A stretch of 63,497 nucleotides of DNA, the filler included, from Reclinomonas americana ATCC 50394 (taxonomy: Eukaryota): the NCBI GenBank assembly GCA_048213135.1. It is 53 parts of 53 records of this genome, joined end to end, with 100 filler letters (N's around TTAATTAATTAA, not from the genome) between each part and the next. Parts side by side here need not be neighbours in the genome. Positions count along the whole stretch, not along the records: positions 57,625 to 58,718 come from AFZH01026520.1; positions 58,819 to 59,912 come from AFZH01026521.1; positions 60,013 to 61,109 come from AFZH01026522.1; positions 61,210 to 62,304 come from AFZH01026523.1; positions 62,405 to 63,497 come from AFZH01026524.1; 48 more parts are not named here. One strand, 5' to 3'. The translations under genes were made by a program, and so were the position numbers. Positions 57,625 through 63,497 of the stretch are shown piece by piece; positions within the stretch are counted from its first letter, which is position 1; the number at the start of each line of letters is the position of its first letter. The notes beneath the pieces are model-generated. The model did no database searches. It saw nothing but the letters and a program-made list of their open reading frames with translations, and was not told the DNA's origin.

Positions 57625-58643
57625 GGAGATCGGAGCCGGCGACGAGCGTGATCGAGAACACAACGAGGCGCGACCCTCACGACGACTGCTGTTCGCTGAG
57701 TCTCCGATTCGCGCTGCGCTGAACGGTCGGCCGCCGGCCAAGGTGGCTCTGCAAGGTTCGCGGTTGTTACCGCATTCGCCAGAGGAGCCGGCGTCAAGTG
57801 AGTTGTCTCCCAACATGTTTTTTATATTGCTTTCGAACGACGGCAACTTGCTGTTGTGGTTGCTGAAGTCCTTCATGTTTCTTGCAGCCGTGCGTTCGGC
57901 ATCACGACTCACTGTTCAGTGGGCGGGAGGCATCACCGTCGGTGGCGTGGTGGAGTTTGTGCCCGTCGGCGGGCAACCGAGAATGCTGTTGGTCGAGGCC
58001 ATTTTTGACGACGTTGCTTCGCAGCAGCAGCACGCGAAGCGAGAGGCCTGGGTGGTGGGCAAGGTGGGCCAAGTGTCCAGCAGTCCGCTGTTTGACGGCA
58101 GTCGCTGCACGCTGCGTGTGGTGCGGTTCAGTCCGGAAGAGCCGTCGATACGAGTGCCATTGTTGCAAATTCTCCGCGCGGTGCACGTCTCTCACCGCTG
58201 CAACGAGGCACCCAGTGCATGCTGCTACCGCGAGGGTGGCGCCGCACCACTGCGTGTGGAGGGCAAGACGATTGGGGCGTAGTCCTCGACTGCCGGCCTC
58301 AGAGTAACATGTCGTCTGACATCAACGACTTTTGTTACGGCCAGTACAGGCCACCATGATCGGCGCAGCCGCAGTGTACGCAGTAAATGCATCACCACCG
58401 CCTGCGCTCGTCCACGTACTTGTGGCCACACACTCCTCCTCGGGCTCCGCAGCGAGACAAGTCGACATTGTGCGTGTGGGTCGACTTTCTTCCGCCAGTG
58501 CACCACTGAGTGCGCGTGAGCGCCTGTGTGGCAGTGGTGCTACTGTGCATGGCAGACGCACACCAGCGCGTCGTGGTGCGCGACAACTCGGTGCGAGAGT
58601 CGAGTGGGTGTTCCTCAACCAACCGTGGCGCTTCGACGCTTGA
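57625..58643 (+). CDS. Eukaryotic beta-rich hypothetical protein, spliced fragment; boundaries uncertain
   Basis: Val-rich ORFs 57743-58282 and 58332-58643; GTGAGT donor near 57798. Confidence 0.4.
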
Positions 58644-58818
58644 TGTTCAGCACAAAGCCAAAGTTGCACAACCAGCAAAGCACCAAAGCAAAGCACACAC
58701 AAACACCCCTGTTCAATTNNNNNNNNNNNNNNNNNNNNNNNNNNNNNNNNNNNNNNNNNNNNTTAATTAATTAANNNNNNNNNNNNNNNNNNNNNNNNNN
58801 NNNNNNNNNNNNNNNNNN

Positions 58819-59841
58819 TTTAGCAGGTCAAAGAACGGAAGTGGCACGAGACTGACCGTCAGGGTGTACTCAGTCGAAGACGATGCTGAACGTGGCACAA
58901 ATGCCGCAGATCGTGTTGACTGCAACGGCAATGACAAAGTCGTGCTGGTGGTCGTATCCTGCACCACTGCTCCTGTTGAGTCTACCCAGCGGTCGAACGC
59001 AAGGGAAGCATCGATTAGCCGCTTCGCTGACACCGACATCTGCTGGTACCGTATCTGCAACGTAAATGCAGTGGGCACCGCACCGCTTACTGGTGCAGCA
59101 TTCACCGCCAGCACATCAATCAGCGACGCAGTGAGTCCACTAAATGCGTCGTCACCCTGTGAGGCCACAGCAGCAGCCAGAGGTCTCGCGGTCAGCGAGA
59201 ACAGAACAGTCCCATCCGCCGCCTCAAACCAACGAGGTGTGTCACTCGCTTCGAAGGGACTCTCTTCGAACACACACGTGTAGTTCAGATTGCAGGCGTC
59301 GGCAACCGGCGATGCAAACAGCGTAAAACTTGTCACCGGCGATGTCTTGGCGGGAGCTATCAAAGTACACCCAGGATCCTCAAGCACCTGATATATCGTG
59401 ACAAAGGAGTCGAACCCACGGCACTTGGAAAAGAACGGGAAGAACGGGCCGCCGGCTACATCTCGCGATGCCCAGTAATCCTCAACCGCGCGCTCGACAG
59501 GATCGGCAACAAGTTGCGTCGACGAACTCGGCATAAACCTGCAAAATACATGCATAAAAGAGAAAGAGAGCGGGAATAAAGTGTCAGATAAGTCAATCAG
59601 TTGACTGACAGCGATCAACTATCGTAACTGCTCGTATGCAAGTTGATCAGTGTCAACAGGGTTCAGCGGAGGCACAAGCGTGGCATCGTTGGTAAACACC
59701 GCATGCCACGTGTCTGCCAAGCCATAAGTCCCGCGGATTGGTTTGCTGACAGTCACTGACATTGTGTTGTTGAAAGCCAAGCCGGCGAACTTGATGTATG
59801 CACCGTGGATCACTTCCACAATGACATTGAATTTGATGTCT
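58819..59841 (-). CDS. Second allele/copy of the fragment at 51657-52679; intron 59628-59539
   Basis: Near-identical with the same end points; mostly synonymous differences. Confidence 0.55.
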
Positions 59842-60122
59842 CTGCCAAATGCACACGCGCACACACACGCACAACCATAAGTAAATTATGCATCGACACT
59901 TGACAGCTAGAGNNNNNNNNNNNNNNNNNNNNNNNNNNNNNNNNNNNNNNNNNNNNTTAATTAATTAANNNNNNNNNNNNNNNNNNNNNNNNNNNNNNNN
60001 NNNNNNNNNNNNCTCCCCTCCTCTCTCTCTCCCTCCACCCTTCCCTTTACCCCCTTCCCCTTCACCCCCTTCCCCTTCACCCCCTTCCCCTTCACCCCCT
60101 TCCCCCTTCTCATTCCGCTTAC

Positions 60123-60408
60123 CTGCCACCTCCCCTGGATCAATCACACACACATCAAACCGCTCCGGAAACCTCGCCAACGACCACGCCGCAGCCATTC
60201 CCGCCGCTCCCGCCCCCACAATGCCCACTCGCACTCGTCCATCCTCTTCACTCGACAACACAGAAGACAACACACGAGAAGAAGAAGAAGACAGCGGACA
60301 CGCGTGATTATCAGTCGTTCGGATCGCTGCTGGGGCGAACGACGACGACGACAAGGAGGAGGAGGAAAGAAGAGCGCGTCGCTCACCATTCTGCTCTTCC
60401 GCGCTCAT
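60123..60408 (-). CDS. FAD-dependent oxidoreductase (amine-oxidase-like), first exon
   Basis: Rossmann motif RVGIVGAGAAGMAAAWSL...VID...AG followed by a GTAAGC donor. Confidence 0.8.
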
Positions 60409-60552
60409 CTCCTCGTTCTTTTCGCCTTTCGCGGCTGCTGCTGCTCCGTCGGGGTCACACAAAACGCCGTTGCTATTCGACAAACGCCGCGGTATTCGGA
60501 CACGCGGAGTTTTGCAGTCGAACATTGGTGCAGCGAGTTGGAGGAGAGAAAC

Positions 60553-60628
60553 ATGTCGCGCCAGAGTGTGTTGGTGTGGTTCCGCAATGATTTGCGCGTG
60601 CATGATCATGCGCCGCTGGTTAGCGCTG
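60553..60628 (+). CDS. Cryptochrome/photolyase (Cry-DASH-like), first exon
   Basis: MSRQSVLVWFRNDLRVHDHAPL followed by a GTGAGC donor. Confidence 0.85.
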
Positions 60629-61209
60629 GTGAGCATCTCTCGTTTTCTCTTGGCGTCTCTCTGTCCTCAGCTGTCCTTCGATTTCAGTCTCTCATTTCAG
60701 CTCTCTCTCTCTCTCTTTCCTCTCTTCTCCCTCATGATCAGCTGCAGCTTCTTCTCTCCTCCTCTTCCTTTCTTTTCCTTCTCAACCTTATCTCTCCTCA
60801 CCATCCTCCCTCTCTCCATCTCTCTCTCTTTCCTCTCTTCTCCCTCATGTGCATGATCAGCTTCTCATCTCTCTCTCTCTCTCTTACTTTCTTCCCTCTC
60901 CTCTCCTTCTCACCTCTCACTCCGCGTCACCCTCTGTCTTTTCTCTTTCATTCTCCCTCGTTCCTCTCTTCTCCCTCATGATCAGCTTCTCTTCTCATCT
61001 CTCTCTCTCTCTTCCCCTTCCCTTCTCCTCTCCTTTTCTTCCCTTCTTCTGCTTCTCCTTCTCAACTCTCTCTCTCTCTCTCTCTCCCTCGTCATCATCC
61101 CTCTCTCTCNNNNNNNNNNNNNNNNNNNNNNNNNNNNNNNNNNNNNNNNNNNNTTAATTAATTAANNNNNNNNNNNNNNNNNNNNNNNNNNNNNNNNNNN
61201 NNNNNNNNN

Positions 61210-62304
61210 CGGGGACAATCGTTGCGTGGTGGAGAGGGAAGGGGGGGAGGAGAAGGGAGGTTAAGAGGGAAGTGGGTAAAGAGGGAAGGGGGAAAGAGGG
61301 AAGGAGGGTATAGAGGGAAGGTGGGTGAAGAGGGAAGGGGGATAAAGAGGGAAGGAGGTAAAGAGGGAAGGATGTAAAGAGGGAAGGGAGGTAAAGAGGG
61401 AATTGGGGAAAAGAGGGAATAGGAGGAGGGAGTTAAGAGGGAAGTTGGAGGAGGGAATTGAGACAGGGAGAAGGGAGGGAGATAATGGGCGATGTGGAAG
61501 GATGTGAGACGAGGAGAAGAGAGGTTAGGTTGGAAGGGGGGGAGGGAGGTGAGGCAAGGAGAAGAGAGTTCTTGAAGGCATTTTGCGTGGAAGAGACAGG
61601 GTGGAAGTGTGTTGATGAGAAAGCAAGGGAGAGAGAAACAGACTGAAGAATGTCTGTTGAATTTGTGTGCCTTGCAAGGGAGGAAAAGGCAGAAGGGAGA
61701 AAGGGAACAGATTAGCTTTGAAAGTGTGTGGATGGGAACGCGCTGGGGAGAGTAACAAAGAGAAGTGTATCCGTGGAGTGTTTGTGGCGCAAGAGAAGAC
61801 CGTCAGGGGATGAATAGGTTGTGGTATTGTGCGGATGTGGGTGCAAGCGATTGAGAGAATGACAGTGCCAAGAATGGAAAGGAGAAGGAGTGAAAGGAGA
61901 CGGATTGGTTGCGGCAGTGAGTGTTTGATGGGGATGTGAAGGAGAGAGAAACAGAGAGATGTGCGTCGGTGGAGATTGGATGGCAAGAGAGGATCGTCAG
62001 AGGGGGGAGGGAAAGGATGGGTCGTGGTCGACAGTGTGTGGATGGATGCAAGGAAGAGAGAACCAAAGAGAAGTGAGGTCGAGGAGATTGCGTGTGGCAT
62101 GCGAAGAAATGCAGAGGGGGGAGGGAAAGGATTCGTCGTGCTAGATACCGTGTGGATGGATGCAAGGGAGAGGAGAATAATGTCTGTGGAAATATGTGTG
62201 TGTGACAGAGAGAATCGACAGAGGAGGGATGGAACGGATTGGTTGCGGCTGAGGGTGTGCAAATGGGAATGCATTGGAGAGAGAAACAAAGAGGAGAATG
62301 TCCT
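61210..62304. repeat. Purine-rich non-coding contig with (AAAGAGGGAAGG)-like and GTGTGGATGGATGCAAGG / CGGATTGGTTGCGGC degenerate repeats
   Basis: Direct inspection; no convincing exon. Confidence 0.65.
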
Positions 62305-62404
62305 NNNNNNNNNNNNNNNNNNNNNNNNNNNNNNNNNNNNNNNNNNNNTTAATTAATTAANNNNNNNNNNNNNNNNNNNNNNNNNNNNNNNNNNNNNNNN
62401 NNNN

Positions 62405-62482
62405 CACAGCCTCAATCGTGTCGGCGCCCTCCACGTCCAGCGTGATGGTCTTGCCCGTCAGAGTCTTGACAAAGATCTGCAT
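62405..62482 (-). CDS. Ubiquitin (polyubiquitin or fusion), N-terminus
   Basis: [26 protein letters not shown]. Confidence 0.95.
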
Positions 62483-63374
62483 GATGTTGATGTGTTGTTG
62501 CGGTTGGTTGTGAAAAAGGGGGTGGTGGTGTGCGCTCACACAACAAGAAGAAGCGAATGAATTGAGAAATCTGCCGGGTCTCCGTGCCTAAAATAACCCG
62601 GCGGCTCTTGACGGGATGTGGATTTGCGGCGAACTTGCGACCCGGCAAAAGTGCCGGATTTGCAATGAATGAGCCGCGATACCGAGCCAAACTGCTGCGT
62701 ATGTGCAAGTGGACGCCAGTGCACGCAGCGCTGTGGCTCAGCCCGCGGTGAGTGATATTTACGCAAATTGTTGATATTTTTGGATTTGAAGCCATGCATG
62801 TGCATGCATGTGCATGCATGGGCCCGGTCGGCTGGCGTGTCGCACGGACCCGGACCCGGACCCGAAAAGTAAAGAGTTGCAGCTGGCTTGGAACATGCAG
62901 CTTGCAGGGTGTTCGAGCGACAATCTTCGACGTCGATCGCCGCAAGTGTCGCGTATCGACTCCGCCCCCTTGCTGTGGCTGAGCACGCGCATGTCGCACA
63001 TGCGGAGATCGTCAGCAAGCGTCCAACACGTGTCCGCGTCCGGGAATCGACGTCGACAACTCAACTGAACGTCGCGATCTTTTCCCACAGCTCTCTCGCT
63101 ACCTCGCACACAACATCACCCTCGCACCTCACGCACGCCCTCTCAATGCATCCAGCCACACACGAAGCACTCACAATCCAGCGTCCTCATCGCGTCCCAC
63201 ACTCTTCACACTTCGTTGTGCTCACACAATGAGCGACGCAGTCGACAACGATGTGGCCGCGTTGGAGAGTGATCGCGAGTTGCTCATTCAATTCAGTTGC
63301 GTAACACACAGAAAGGGAGACAAGCAAACGAAACAGACAACACATGCATGCATGCATCAATATTCGCATAACTA

Positions 63375-63495
63375 ACTCACTCACTCACACACACATACAC
63401 ACTCACACTCACACTCACTCACTCACTCACTCACTCACTCACACACTCACTCACTCACACACTCACTCACTCACACACACACACACTCACTCACT
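63375..63495. repeat. (CACT)n/(CA)n microsatellite
   Basis: Direct inspection. Confidence 0.9.
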
Positions 63496-63497
63496 AA

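Larger units (their letters stand above)
1112..62404. other. 52 artificial scaffolding spacers (44 N + TTAATTAATTAA + 44 N) about every 1.2 kb, separating 53 unrelated contigs
   Basis: Identical six-frame-stop linker embedded in N runs at 1156, 2363, 3567 ... 62349; contig lengths fall from about 1107 to about 1093 nt. Confidence 0.99.

Noticed and set aside
1112..62404. Regularly spaced TTAATTAATTAA with unique intervening sequence, superficially like a CRISPR or cassette array
   Set aside because: Always embedded in fixed N runs; it is an artificial six-frame-stop linker.

Overview
This window is not one continuous locus. It is a size-sorted concatenation of 53 short contigs (about 1.09-1.11 kb, shrinking along the window) joined by 52 artificial N44-TTAATTAATTAA-N44 spacers, so adjacency across spacers carries no biological meaning. 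About 43 contigs come from an unidentified GC-rich, microsatellite-rich eukaryote, probably a bacterivorous protist, with mostly short (about 55-130 nt) GT-AG introns. These contain fragments of PTB-like, calmodulin-like, RPL5, CDGSH, class-III aminotransferase, Rubicon-homology, WDR48, VPS35L, ORC5, NOT3, PPR, cryptochrome-DASH and ubiquitin genes, several surface proteins and a decayed RLE non-LTR retrotransposon. Seven contigs look actinobacterial (Microbacteriaceae-like) and three alphaproteobacterial (Rhizobiales-like). Three contig pairs are near-identical and look like the two alleles of a heterozygous locus. The strongest hidden signal is in splicing. About 18 independent introns start with GTTGCG, GTTGAG, GTTGTG or GTTACG, which is the ordinary donor of this genome shifted by one nucleotide, and almost none has G at exon position -1. 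This matches the rare shifted U1 register type of 5' splice site, but here it appears to be a major intron class. Other highlights: a T4-type lysozyme fused to Cys-rich repeats and a membrane anchor, a CDGSH motif whose His ligand is replaced by Cys, and candidate 3-nt microexons between duplicated introns. All family calls come from motif recognition by eye; no database search was run.
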